The notes beneath the pieces were generated by a model, which searched no databases, was not told the DNA's origin, and was given only the letters and a program-made list of their open reading frames with translations. This document shows, one piece after another, positions 37,601-51,003 of a stretch of DNA of 64,000 bases. The stretch is from Eledone cirrhosa. Its lineage: Eukaryota. A program made the position numbers and the translations under genes. The DNA lies in NCBI GenBank assembly GCA_964016885.1, contig OZ024745.1, positions 33,170,001-33,234,000 on the forward strand, written 5' to 3'. How positions within the stretch are numbered: position 1 is the stretch's first letter; the number at the start of each line of letters is the position of its first letter.

Positions 37601-39600
37601 GGACAGAAATGGGGGTGACAATCAATAATATGGAAATAAATAAATATGATAGAATGATGATGATGATCATCATCATCACCGTTTAATATTCATTTTCCAT
37701 GCTAGTATGGGTTAGACGAGTTGCCCTGTTGTGAGACAAGCCAGATTTGATGATCATGACTTGCTCGGACTGGTTTTAGCTAGAAGAGAAGCCCCACACC
37801 AGATATACCAAACAAGGGTAGAGGCAAAAAAAAAGAAGTTTGCTCATGTCCTGCATCATGAAGATCAGAGGTATGTAGTATTTTGGATTGTGAGATAATG
37901 TACAAGAGAAAATCATGATGTGGTTGGGGAAAAGTGCATTGAAAATGATAGTGGAGCTGAAAAGAATGAAGCATTGAATACTTACTATGAGAGGCTGCAG
38001 AATGAAGAGAATAAATGCGACACTGAGGGCCTATCCCATGCAGACTCAACTGAGGGACCAGTTATAAAAGTGTAATAAATAAAGCAATTCAAAATATGAA
38101 GGTAGGGAAGGCAGCTGGACCATCTAGTATAGTTGCTGAGATGCTTTTAGCATATGGCATGGTAGGATATGAGCTAATCAAATGCATAGTTAATCAAGTA
38201 GTACAGGAAGGGATCATACCCAACGACTGGTGCAGTAGTATCATTGTAAATTGCTACAAAGGAAAAGGAGATGAACTACAAAGACATCAAGATGATGGAC
38301 CAAGGCACGAAAGTTACTGAAAGGATTATAGCACAACTAATTAAAGACAGAATCAAGTTAGATGAAATTCAGTTCAGATTTAAGCCAGGCAGGGGTACTA
38401 CCAATGCCATGTTTCTGGTGACACAACTGCAAGAGAAGTACTTATCTAAGAGTAAGCCATTGTATCTGGCTTTTGTAGATCTGGAGAAGGCTTTTGCCAG
38501 AGTCCCACATGCTGTAATCTGGTGGGCACTTAGGAAGTTAGGTGTAGACAAATGGCTTGTGAGGACTGTGCAAGCCAGGTATAAAGGTGCAACCAGCAAA
38601 ATGAGAGTTGGTAATGAATACAGTAATAAATATATCCATAATAGATGTAAATATATCTATAATAATAAAGATGTAAAAATTCATTTTTAACTCTTATATT
38701 ACTGTAATTGTAATGAAATGCACTGTCTATGGTTTCAATTAATTTTGAAAATAATGAATTATTTGTAAGAATATTATTAGTAAGCTGATATTTAGAGCAT
38801 TACTTAACAAACATTTCTTAAATAAAATTGTGATGTAAGGATTTAATCTAAATATAATCATTTTAAAATAAGTAGCTGTGTATCATAGACTCAGAGTGGT
38901 TTAAGGTAGTTTGGTAACAAAAGGGTTAATGATGAGATGAATAGTAAAAATATGATAATCTTATTAACTGTTGCTAATATCAAAAGCAGTTTACTTACAT
39001 TTGCTATATTCAAAGTCTTTCTTGAGAGAATTGGCTGAGAGTAGATATTCAACCATTCCTTTTAAACAGATTTGATCTCTTGTACGTTGTAAATAATGAC
39101 CAAATATTATCTGTAGTGGACATTAAAAACCACATATATATTTAATATGAAACATTGTGAGATATGTAATAATTCACGAGAATTTTAGACACCCAGTATA
39201 ATGTGCTAGAAATATATAAACACTCATGTATATGTGAGAATATAAAAGGTAAACAGAAATAACAAAACAAACAGTACAGTATATGGAGGGAATATATATT
39301 TATATTTATAAACAGACAGGATGAATAATAAGGGCAAGTGTACCACAGAATTAGACCACTTCAGCCACTTTCGGTAGAAGAGTATTTACAGCTGAATTTC
39401 ATCAGTGATGTGAGGACCTGAGCACAGACGAGATATGAAATGAGTGAGGAAGCTATGTATGAAATCGTATTGCAGCTGAGAGATATGCTACATGGAGGAA
39501 ACAGCTATAAGTTTCAAATGTGCCCTGGAAGAGGTTTTGAATGAAATTTCATTATTTTCTTTAGCCCAGGCAATGCTGGATACTTCTGCTAGTACATATA

Positions 39601-39671
<71 letters not shown>

Positions 39672-42600
39672 GGAACATGGCTTAGTGGTTAGAGCATTGG
39701 CCTTGCAATCGAAAGGTTGTGAGTTCAATTCTCAGACCGGGTGATGTGTTGTTTCCTTGAGCAAGGTACTTTATTTCACATTGCTCCAGTTTACTCAGCT
39801 GTAGAAATGAGATGATAGGGACTGGGGTCCCTATCATTCCACTGCAAAGTGGTCGTGTAGGTGCCACGGCAAAAGGCACCCAGCACTCACTGTAAATGAG
39901 GTTGGTGTTAGGAAGGGCATCCAGCTGTAGAAATCAAGCCAGAATCAGTTCCCGTCCCACCCTTGCAAGCAGGGAAAAGTGGACGTAAAATGATGATGAT
40001 GATGATGATGATATATATATATATATATATAAACGGAAAAAATAAAACAAAATTTCATTTCCCACTCTTAGTACGGCTGTTACTTAAATATAAGTATGTA
40101 CACGTACATACATATATGTATACAGACGTACAGTAGTATGTATATATATATACATACATGCATATATATATGAACATATGGATTCACCGAACATTTATTA
40201 TAATGCTCGGTGTGTTTGTAAACAAACATCCCGTATTAAGCCGTAGTGTCCAGCAACCATCGTTGCTCGTTTGTTCAACACTGCTGACAAAGGAATGCTG
40301 TACTAGTTTCAAGCTTATTGTGGTGGTAATGGTGGTAATGGTGGTAGTGGTGGTAATGGTAGTAGTGGTGGTGGTAATGGTGGTAGTGGTAGGGGTAATG
40401 ATGGTAGTGGTGGTGGTAGTAGTGGTGGTTATGATGGTAGTGGTGGTGGTAATGGTGGTAGTGGTGGTAGTATTGGTGGTAATGATGGTAGTGGTGGTGG
40501 TAATAATGATAGTAGTGGTGGTCTGATGGTAGTGGTGGTGGTAGTAGTGGTGGTAATGATGGTAGTGGTGGTGGTAATGATGGTAGTATTGGTGGTAATG
40601 ATGGTAGTGGTGGTGGTAATGATGTTAGTGGTGGTGGTAGTGGTGGTGGTAATGGTGGTGGTAGTGGTGGTGGTAATGATGTTAGTGGTGGTGGTAGTGG
40701 TGGTGGTAATGGTGGTGGTAGTGGTGGTGGTAATGATGGTAGTGGTGGTGGTAGTGGTGGTGGTAGTGGTGGTGGTAGTGGTAGTGGTGGTAGTGGTGGT
40801 GAAAATGGTGGTAGTGGTGGTGGTGCTGGTAATGGTGGTGGTAGTAGTGGTGGTAATGATGGTAGTGGTGGTGGTAATGATGGTAGTGGTAGTGGTAGTA
40901 GTGGTGGTAATGATGGTAGTGGTGGTGGTAATGATGGTAGTGGTGGTGGTAATGATGGTAGTGGTGGAGGTAATGGTGGTAGTGGTGGTGGTAATGATGG
41001 TAGTGGTGGTGGTAATGATGGTAGTGGTAGTGGTAGTAGTGGTGGTAATGATGGTAGTGGTGGTGGTAATGATGGTAGTGGTGGTGGTAATGATGGTAGT
41101 GGTGGAGGTAATGGTGGTAGTGGTGGTGGTAATGGTGGTAGTGGTGGTGGTAATGATGGTAGTGGTGGTGGTAATGGTGGTAGTGGTGGTGGTAATGATG
41201 GTAGTGGTGGTGGTAATAATGGTAGTGGTGGAGGTAATGGTGGTAGTGGTGGTGGTAATGATGGTAGTGGTGGAGGTAATGGTGGTAGTGGTGGTGGTAA
41301 TGATGGTAGTGGTGGTGGTAGTAGTGGTGGTAATGATGGTAGTGGTGGTGGTAATGATGGTAGTGGTGGTGGTAATGATGGTAGTGGTGGTGGTAATGGT
41401 GGTAGTGGTGGTGGTAATGATGGTAGTGGTGGTGGTAATAATGGTAGTGGTGGAGGTAATGGTGGTAGTGGTGGTGGTAATAATGGTAGTGGTGGTGGTA
41501 ATAATGGTAGTGGTGGTGGTAGTAGTGGTGGTAATGATGGTAGTGGTGGTGGTAATGATGGTAGTGGTGGTGGTAATGATGGTAGTGGTGGTGGTAATGA
41601 TGGTAGTGGTGGTGGTAATGGTGGTAGTGGTGGTGGTAATGGTGGTAGTGGTGGTGGTAATAGTGGTAGTGGTGGTGGTGGTAATGATGGTAGTGGTGGA
41701 GGTAATGGTGGTAGTGGTGGTGGTAATGATGGTAGTGGTGGAGGTAATGGTGGTAGTGGTGGTGGTAATGATGGTAGTGGTGGTGGTAATGGTGGTAGTG
41801 GTGGTGGTAATGATGGTAGTGGTGGTGGTAATGATGGTAGTATTGGTGGTAATGATGTTAGTGGTGGTGGTAATGATGGTAGTAATGATGTTAGTGGTGG
41901 TGGTAGTGGTGGTGGTGGTAGTGGTGGTGCTAATGATGGTAGTGGTGGTGGTAGTGGTAGTGGTGGTAGTGGTGGTGGTAATGATGGTAGTATTGGTGGT
42001 AATGATGGTAGTGGTGGTGGTAGTGGTGGTGGTAATAATGGTAGTGGTGGTGGTAATGATGGTAGTGGTGGTGGTAGTGGTGGTGGTAATAATGGTAGTG
42101 GTGGTGGTAATGATGGTAGTGGTGATGGTAGTGGTGGTGGTAATGATGGTGGTATTGGTGGTAATGATGGTAGTGGTGGTGGTAATGATGGTAGTGGTGG
42201 TGGTAATGATGTTAGTGGTGGTGGTAATGGTGGTGGTAATGATGGTAGTGGTGCTGGTAATGGTGGTAGTGGTGGTGGTAATGGTGGTAGTGGTGCTGGT
42301 AATGGTGGTAATGGTGGTGGTAATGGTGGTGGTAATGGTGGTAGTGGTGGTGGTAATGGTGCTGGTAATGGTGGTAGTGGTGGTGGTAATGGTGGTAGTG
42401 GTGCTGGTAATGATGGTGGTGGTAATGATGGTAGTGGTAATGGTGGTGGTAGGGGTGGTGGTAGTGGTGGTGGTAATGGTGGTGGTGGTGGTAATGATGG
42501 TAGTGGTGGTGGTAGTGGTTATGATAGTAGTGGTGGTGGTTATGATGGTAGTGGTGGTGGTAGTGCTTGTGGTAATGATGGTAGTGGTGGTGGTAATGAT

Positions 42601-45600
42601 GGTTGTGGTGGTGGTAATGATGGTAGTGGTGGTGGTAATGATGGTAGTGGTGGTAATGATGGTAGTGGTGGAGGTAATGGTGGTAGTGGTGGTGGTAATG
42701 ATGGTAGTGTTGGTGGTAATAATGGTAGTGGTGGTGGTAATGATGGTAGTGGTGGAGGTAATGGTGGTAGTGGTGGTGGTAATGATGGTAGTGGTGGTGG
42801 TAGTGCTTGTGGTAATGATGGTAGTGGTGGTGGTAATGATGGTAGTGGTGGTGGTAGTGCTTGTGGTAATGATGGTAGTGGTGGTGGTAATGATGGTAGT
42901 GGTGGTGGTAATGATGGTAGTGGTGGTGGTAATGATGGTAGTGGTGGTAATGATGGTAGTGGTGGAGGTAATGGTGGTAGTGGTGGTGGTAATGATGGTA
43001 GTGTTGGTGGTAATAATGGTAGTGGTGGTGGTAATGATGGTAGTGGTGGAGGTAATGGTGGTAGTGGTGGTGGTAATGATGGTAGTGGTGGTGGTAGTGC
43101 TTGTGGTAATGATGGTAGTGGTGGTGGTAATGGTGGTAGTGGTGGTGGTAATGATGGTAGTGGTGGTGGTAATAATGGTAGTGGTGGTGGTAATGATGGT
43201 AGTGGTGGTGGTAATGGTGGTAGTGGTGGTGGTAATAGTGGTAGTGGTGGTGGTAATGGTGGTAGTGGTGGTGGTAATGATGGTAGTGGTGGTGGTAATG
43301 ATGGTAGTGGTAATGATGGTAGTCACCATGGTAGTGGTGATGGTAATGGTGGTAGTGGTGGTGGTAATGATGGTAGTGGTAATGATGGTAGTCACCATGG
43401 TAGTGGTGATGGTAATGGTGGTAGTGGTGGTGGTAATGATGGTAGTGGTAATGATGGTAGTCACCATGGTAGTGGTGATGGTAATGGTGGTAGTGGTGGT
43501 GGTAATGATGGTAGTGGTGGTGGTAATGATGGTAGTGGTAATGATGGTAGTCACCATGGTAGTGGTGATGACATTCGTGATGGTGTTGAAAAGTGATTGC
43601 ATTAAGGTTGATTAAGATAATAATAATAATTATGATGATTACCTCAGAGAAAACATATTTAATTGCAGCCAAAGAAAGAGTGCCAGTCATTGTGTCACTT
43701 GGAACGGTCACTTTTGAAGTTCTTTTGAAGTCAGATCCAGCAAATTTGATTGCTTCCTGGAAATTAGATTCAAAAGACAGAAAGAGAAAATTTCATTTAA
43801 AAAAAAATTATTATAATTCGGAGTAGTGTCGGGTGGTGGACTGGCAGAGTGAGAGTGTTAGATAACTGCTTAGTAGTTTCTCTTCTGGTTCTGTACATCA
43901 TGAGTTCAAATCCCACAGAGGCTAATTTTGCTTTTCATTCTTCCAAGGTTAATAAAAAAAAAGTACCAGTCAAGTATTGAGGGTCAATATAATAATAATA
44001 ATAATTATTATTAATATTGAAATTATTATGTACAGTGCTCAGGTGCACTACAACTTGTCAAAGGTGCATATATAGTACATAGAATAATGTACAAATGTCA
44101 GGAAAGTGAACAGTGTATGAGTCATGATATACATGTGTGCATGTGTATGGAGGAGGAGATATCAGATGTAGTGTTGGCGAATTTCTCCCTTCCCCAAATT
44201 GCTGGCCTTGTTCCTAAATTAGAAGTCATTATTATTATTCATATTTGCACAAGTGATGATCTTATTAACACTGGTCATTTGACTCCCTATCAAGTTATGT
44301 AACCTCAGATAGACAGTACTCTCTGCAGGATATTTGCTGTTCCCACATATGTTGTGTTCAGCAATGTTGTCATGCTGGAACTGATTCCAATTCTATCAAG
44401 GTTTTTTTCTTGTACCACTGGGACCACTCTTGCTTTCATATTCCACATTCTCTCGACATCTATTCTCAAGTCTGCATACTTTACAATTTTCTTGTTTTCT
44501 TTACTACTGATGTAATGGTTTTCTGGGCAAACTACATCAATCAACAAACACTTCCTTTCATTACCTTTCTCTACCAATGTTATATCAGTAACATACTGGG
44601 TTTGATTTAATCAACTATCACCTCCCCCCAAAATTGTTGGCCTTGTGCCTAAATCAGAAACCATTATTTGCTTCAATCTGATTCTATGTATGGAATTCCT
44701 CCTGCTTCTGGTGGATACTACAGCAAATGTCAAAACACAATACTTGAAAGTAATTTTTTAATTCAAAATTTGGAACAAATATCAAAGTGACAATACTGAA
44801 ACATTTTGCTATGAGAGTTCCACCCTTGCAAGCAGGGAAAAGCAAACGTAAAATGATGATAAAATGAGTTCCCTATATACTGAGAAAGGGATTTTTAAGA
44901 ACCGAAATATTAGGATGGAAAAAAGATAAATAAATACCAGGTACCACACAAACTTCTTTGTTGCTTTCATTTAAACTAAATTTTACAGTCCATCTCACAT
45001 TGTCTTAACCATCTTAGAACAAATCATTTTCTACATTATACATTTTTTCCTACTAAATCATTAAACAATGCTAGGAGTTAATAAAATGCATTATACTTTT
45101 AACAATGAGGCAATAACAGAAGACACCTACTTGTAAGTCAGTGGAGTTAATATTGTCAATATCGTCTGTCTTCTCCCAGCCACGTGTCATGTTTGTTCGT
45201 AGATGAAGTGTTGTATACAACAGGCAAATATTGTAGAGAAGTAATGGCCAGTGAATACTGGAATTCATGTCCAAAATATCCTGATTCAGCTGAGCAGATG
45301 ACCACTGTAGACAGTCTTTGGCATGCTAGGATAATAGGATATATAGCAATGAAGATGATGATGATACTGATCATATATATATAACGGAATACTCCTATGT
45401 TTTACCGGCAAAGATTCGAAACCGAATCTGAGCTTTCTCGCCTCTGAGACAATCTATTGTTGGAAGTTCTCACCGTTGTCTTGTCAAGACAACGATGATA
45501 AATGTACATTCCACCTGACCTGTGAACCCCCAACCTCTTGGGGCTGATAACCACAGGGCTGATCATAAATCAACCTCATATATCCATCCTTCTAACTTTA

Positions 45601-46374
45601 GCACTTATTATAAATACAGGGAGTTAAGGAACCCAATGGTCAGACTCAAAACGGCAGTCAACAAGATAATGATGTATCATCAGTAGAACTTTCTCCTGGC
45701 TCTTACTGGCTTACCCTCGTGGCCATCAACACAGCCAGACAGCCATCATGCCTGCCTGACAGATTGACCACTACTACTATGAGAATAAGATATTCTAAGA
45801 ATAGGTATACACACACATAGTAAGTTCATATTGTTTGCATTATACTCTCATCTTATTCTTTCTGTCATATTGTATCTGCAAGACACAACACAACTCATGG
45901 TGACATGACAAAAAGCGCACCCAGTCCACACTGTAACGTGGTTGGTGTTAGGAAGGGCATCCAACCATAGAAATCAAGCCAAATACAGGTCCATATGGAC
46001 CTGATTTGTCTCATAACAAGACAATCCATCTAATCCATGCAAGCATGGAAAATGGACATTAAATGATGATGATATACATATATATATATAGCTTGGATGC
46101 AAGAAGATTTTATATATATTATATGCAATGCTTCAAGCAAACTACAATATTATATATATATATATTTCTTTTTGTTGATCGACTTTCGTTAAATTGGACC
46201 GAGGAAACAGTGTTTCCGTTGGTCTTTCCAATTGCTGATACTATCTTTCGGTCGCAACTCCAGCAACGTGAAATAAAGTGTCTTGCTCAAGGACATAACG
46301 CATTGCTCGGTCCAAGAATTGAATTGACAACCTCAATTGTGAATCCAATTCTCTAACCACTCAGCCACGCGCCT

Positions 46375-46414
<40 letters not shown>

Positions 46415-49400
46415 GGCGTATGGCTGAGTGGTTAGAGAATTGGATTCACAATCGTAAGGTTGTGAGTTCTCGATTCCTGGACCAGGCGATGCGTTATGTC
46501 CTTGAGCAAGACACTTTATTTCACGTTGCTCCTTCTACCTGGAGTTGCGACCGATAGATAGTATTAGCAATTGGAAAGACCAACGGAAACATTGTTCCCT
46601 CGGTCCGATTTGACGAAAGTCGATCGTTCCAAAATATATATTATTTATTTAAAGTGTGCCCAATAGGCTGGTGAATATGGTAGTTAGTTAAAAATGGTTT
46701 CATAGAACAACAGAACAATTAAGCAAACTAAAATGACAATCTCACCATTGGAGAATCTAAATAGATTTTGAAACAATTGTTGAAAAGTTGGGATGGAAAA
46801 TGTTTGTGGCTGGCATCAACAGACAAGCAACAACGGAACATAGGGTTTGGTACTGTCTTCTCTGAGAGCCATGATGAGACATTCAACAGGAGTGAAGGCC
46901 AATTGTGAGCATTCTTCAGAATTATCCAGATATCCTGGTTGAAAATAAAAATTGTTATTCTAAATATACATGTAACCTTAGGTGTTGTAGAACTGTAAAA
47001 ATTATTTCTTTAGAATCTCTTTAATTTCCTCCTTCTCATTCTTTTTGATATCTCTTTCATCCCCCCCCCCCCCTCTCTCTCTCTTTTACTCTCTCACATT
47101 CACATCTTTCACCCCCCCCCTTCTCTCTTTTTTACTCTCTCACATTCTCATCTCTTTCATTCTCCCTTCTCGCACACTTATTCTCATCTCTTTCATTATT
47201 CCCCCTCTCACTCTTATTCTCTCACATCCTTCCTCTCTCTCTCCTTTATTTTCTCATATTCTTTATCTCTCTCTCCTTCACTATCATTTTTTCTACACTC
47301 TCCACCAGGTTTAAATACCCAAGAATTGCCATGTACCATGACAGTGTTCCTATGACTCAATCTGGCATTAAGGGCCCATGGCGATAACTTGCCCCACACA
47401 TACATATATCTATTTCTTCTGTTTTTACCTGAGACATTTTCTGCCAGATGAATTTCTTCAATGTTGTCTCAGCCAAGGAGGAATAGTTGGAAACATGTAA
47501 AGAAATCATCTCATATTTTTGTCCTTTCAAGAAATTTGAAAAGAAGACCTCAGCTTCACCACTTTCGATGTTGGTAAGTACAAGAATGGGGTGTGTAGGG
47601 GTGGTCATACTGACTACAGATGGAACATTGGGGAGAAAGTTAGCAACAAACCTGAAAGAAAAATATGAGAAGAAACAATAGTGAAAAATGAAATAAAATG
47701 TTCAGATTTTCAGCTCCTACTTATATAGATTTAGCTGACCTCCTATGAAGTTGCATCTCATAACAGGTATTTTAGGAGTATATTCTCTATCATTAAAATA
47801 CCTATCTTAAAAAGCAATGTAAAATGAAGTGCCTGGTTCAGGAATCGAAATTATGACCTTATGAATGTATGTCCATTATCCTAACCACAAGGTTATATGC
47901 CAAGAGGTAAAAATTATGTTAAACAGAAAACACTATGAAAGATTGTTTTATTGAAAGTATGAAGAAAAAACAAGTAGAGAAAAAAAGAAGTAAATTTGAT
48001 TGTGTATCTGGATTAGAATAGGTATGTCATATCCTTGCATGTTGTAAGAGGCAACTGAAAAGGATGGTACCATGATGATAATGGAGGCATGTGACCTAGT
48101 GGTAAGTGTGTTAGACTTACAATCATAATGTCATGGGTTTGATTCCTGCACTGGGTTGTCTGTTGTGTTCTTGAGCAAAACACTTCATTTTATGTTGCTC
48201 CAGTATACTCAGCCGAAAATGAGTAGCAGCAGTAGCTGGGGGTTTAACCCTGTGACAGACTGGCATCCTGTCCATTGGGGAGTCTTGTACTCTCAGTCAC
48301 ACCACGCCACGGAAACCAGGATAAGCACCAACTTGATGACCCTCTGAGCTTGAGGTGGAGTTAAGACTTTCCTTTTTTGTTTTAGATGTAATGATAAAGA
48401 AAATAATTGTTTCTACTTTTTGGCACAAGGCCAGCAAAGACCCAGTGCATTACTGATACTTTATTTTATCGACCCCATAAGGATGAAAGGCAAAGTTAAC
48501 CTCGGCGGGATTTGAACTCAGAATGGCAAGGGCCGTAACTCTATGCGTTAAAGCATGGCGTCCGACCCTCTACCGATACTGCCAATCCACCGCCATAAAT
48601 AACTGATAAAGAAAATAATGATGGGGAATTTGTTATCCTTATTTTAAACATGGATGCTACATATACTGAAAATTAGGTCTTTGAATGGGTATGTGTCATA
48701 TCCCTAGAATAATATCAGGTCATTTCATCCAAATATTTTTCAAAGTGTAAAGATAAATTTGTTTTCTTTCCTGCCAGAATATTAAGACACTGCAAGCAAG
48801 AGATTTCAACCCTTCCAACCAAACATGGCTGAATTTTTCTTTTCCCACCCCTTTACTGTTTAGTTAGAGTGGGAATGGCTAGGCCTTCAAGACTATTGGG
48901 AGGGAGGAAGATATCCTAAAAGTAGAGACCTGCCTTGAATGTTTATAACAGAATTGACTCTGCTATGTTAAAAGCACCCAAGGGCTAGGTGGTGGTGGTA
49001 AACCAGGCAACAGTTTAACCCTTTAGCATTTACATTACTCTATATTTACTATTATATTTTCATGGTAAAGGCTTTATCTCACAATATATCGAATCTATGA
49101 AATTTTGATATTATTTATTTTGAGAACAAAACCTTAACATCAGTATGAGTATCCAGTTACTGTCAGTTTTCATAGAAAGAGGTGAGAGAATTATGGCTGG
49201 ATATGGCTGGTTTAAATGCTAAGTTAAGTCTAATGGAGGAGTGGAAATAACGGTCAATACTTACTTGTTTCCAAGAACAGCACTAATGTAGGATGTAGCT
49301 TCTACTAAAAATGCATTGGGTCTTAATGCTCGCCAAACACAAAGTATTTGCAATGGAGTGAGAACATTTAGTTTTGGTGGAAGACTACTGTATTGTTCAG

Positions 49401-50944
49401 GGTACTGAGAATCAAACAATAGTTTCAAAGAAGTATCTTTGCCTTCTTTGGTCATATTTACAAAAATGTCAGTGAACCAGCTGAATCTTGTGGCTAATGT
49501 TTGTAAATTTTGAAAGATTTCGTCAGGCATCCATTCAAATGGATTTTTAATGGTTGCTGCACTTTCCAGGGATTGATTCGTAGTAGATGGGGTCAAAGGA
49601 CCTATCACAAATTCTCGTTCTCCACCAAGAGTGTGACCTTTCACAAGGTCAATCTAAACGGAGAGAAGACAAATATTAATAACAGACATATTTAGACATA
49701 AAAAAAACAAAACAAAAACAATGTAATATAATAAGATTTAAATGAAAAGATATATCATAAAAGTACATGTATATACAAATACATATGTACATTCATATGT
49801 ATACACATATATGGATTCATACACACATACATGTGCATGCATACATGGAGAAAATATAGGTTTTGAGAAGACCCTTCAGCCTAGACGAGCATGTGACAAC
49901 CTCTAGTGCAGATACCATGATAAAGTGCACCCAGTACACTCTGTAAAGTGGTAGTAGTGGCACCACAAAAATAAATGTACCTAGTACACCGTGTAAGGTG
50001 GCTGGCATTGGGAAGAGCATCCAGCTATAGAAACCATACCAAATGTGAAATGTATGAGCAAGATGAGGTCATTCCAACTGACTCCTCTGATCTTAGATCA
50101 TGACAACCTCTCCAACCCATGCTTGTATAAAAAGTGTTGATGATGATGATGATGATGATCTAGCTTAAAGAAAAAATCAGCTGGAACCGTTTTCCTGTTT
50201 TTATTTCTTTCATTTCTATTAATTTCCTGTGTTTCTGACAAATCTTATTCTCCAACATTTTCCCAAAATAGAAAAAAAAAAAAAAAAAAAAAGAATTAAA
50301 AATCAACAACAGTTCTTACTTCAAACGCCAGAAATAAAGTGAAGACAATCCGGTCTTTATATCTGAGTGTTTGGACAATGTTTAGATTAGCCAGGTAAGT
50401 TAACTGGTCAGCAACTGTTTTGGCATTTGTACTGTGGATATATAAGAACGTATAGTTATATTTATACACTAGAAAATGTATGTTAAATGATGGTGAGGAT
50501 GAATTCCAAAACAAACATTTCCAGAAGTGGCACATTTAACCCGAGGCAACAGATACAAACAAAACTGGACGTTTATTCCGCTAGAAAGAGGGGCAGGAAT
50601 TTTAGTCACAGCAGCTCGACAAAAGAAATGATTTGGAGCTGTTATATACAAATTCAAGTTATCAAATCGTATTTTTTATTTCAATATACATATATCTTTT
50701 AATTTGAATTATTATAGCTCTGGACAAATGTCAATTGAGCTTTTTTATTGAGAAGCATAAATATCAAGCATATTTGATATGTTTTGATACCGTAAATTTG
50801 TGTATATATACATATATATATAAATATATATCATCATCATCATTTTACGTCCGCTTGATGATGATGATGATGATATATATATATGTATATATATATATGT
50901 ATATACACAAGCAGGGAAAAGCGGACGTAAAATGATGATGATGA

Positions 50945-51003
<59 letters not shown>

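Noticed and set aside
40429-43711. 1057-aa Thr-rich, 1029-aa Val/Met-rich and 499-aa His/Tyr-rich ORFs as mucin-like genes
   Set aside because: They are alternative frames of one trinucleotide array inside a dynein intron, with no signal peptide or unique domain.
45458-45890. Possible solo LTR (TGTTG...CAACA, TATAAA near 45609)
   Set aside because: No target-site duplication or second copy visible.
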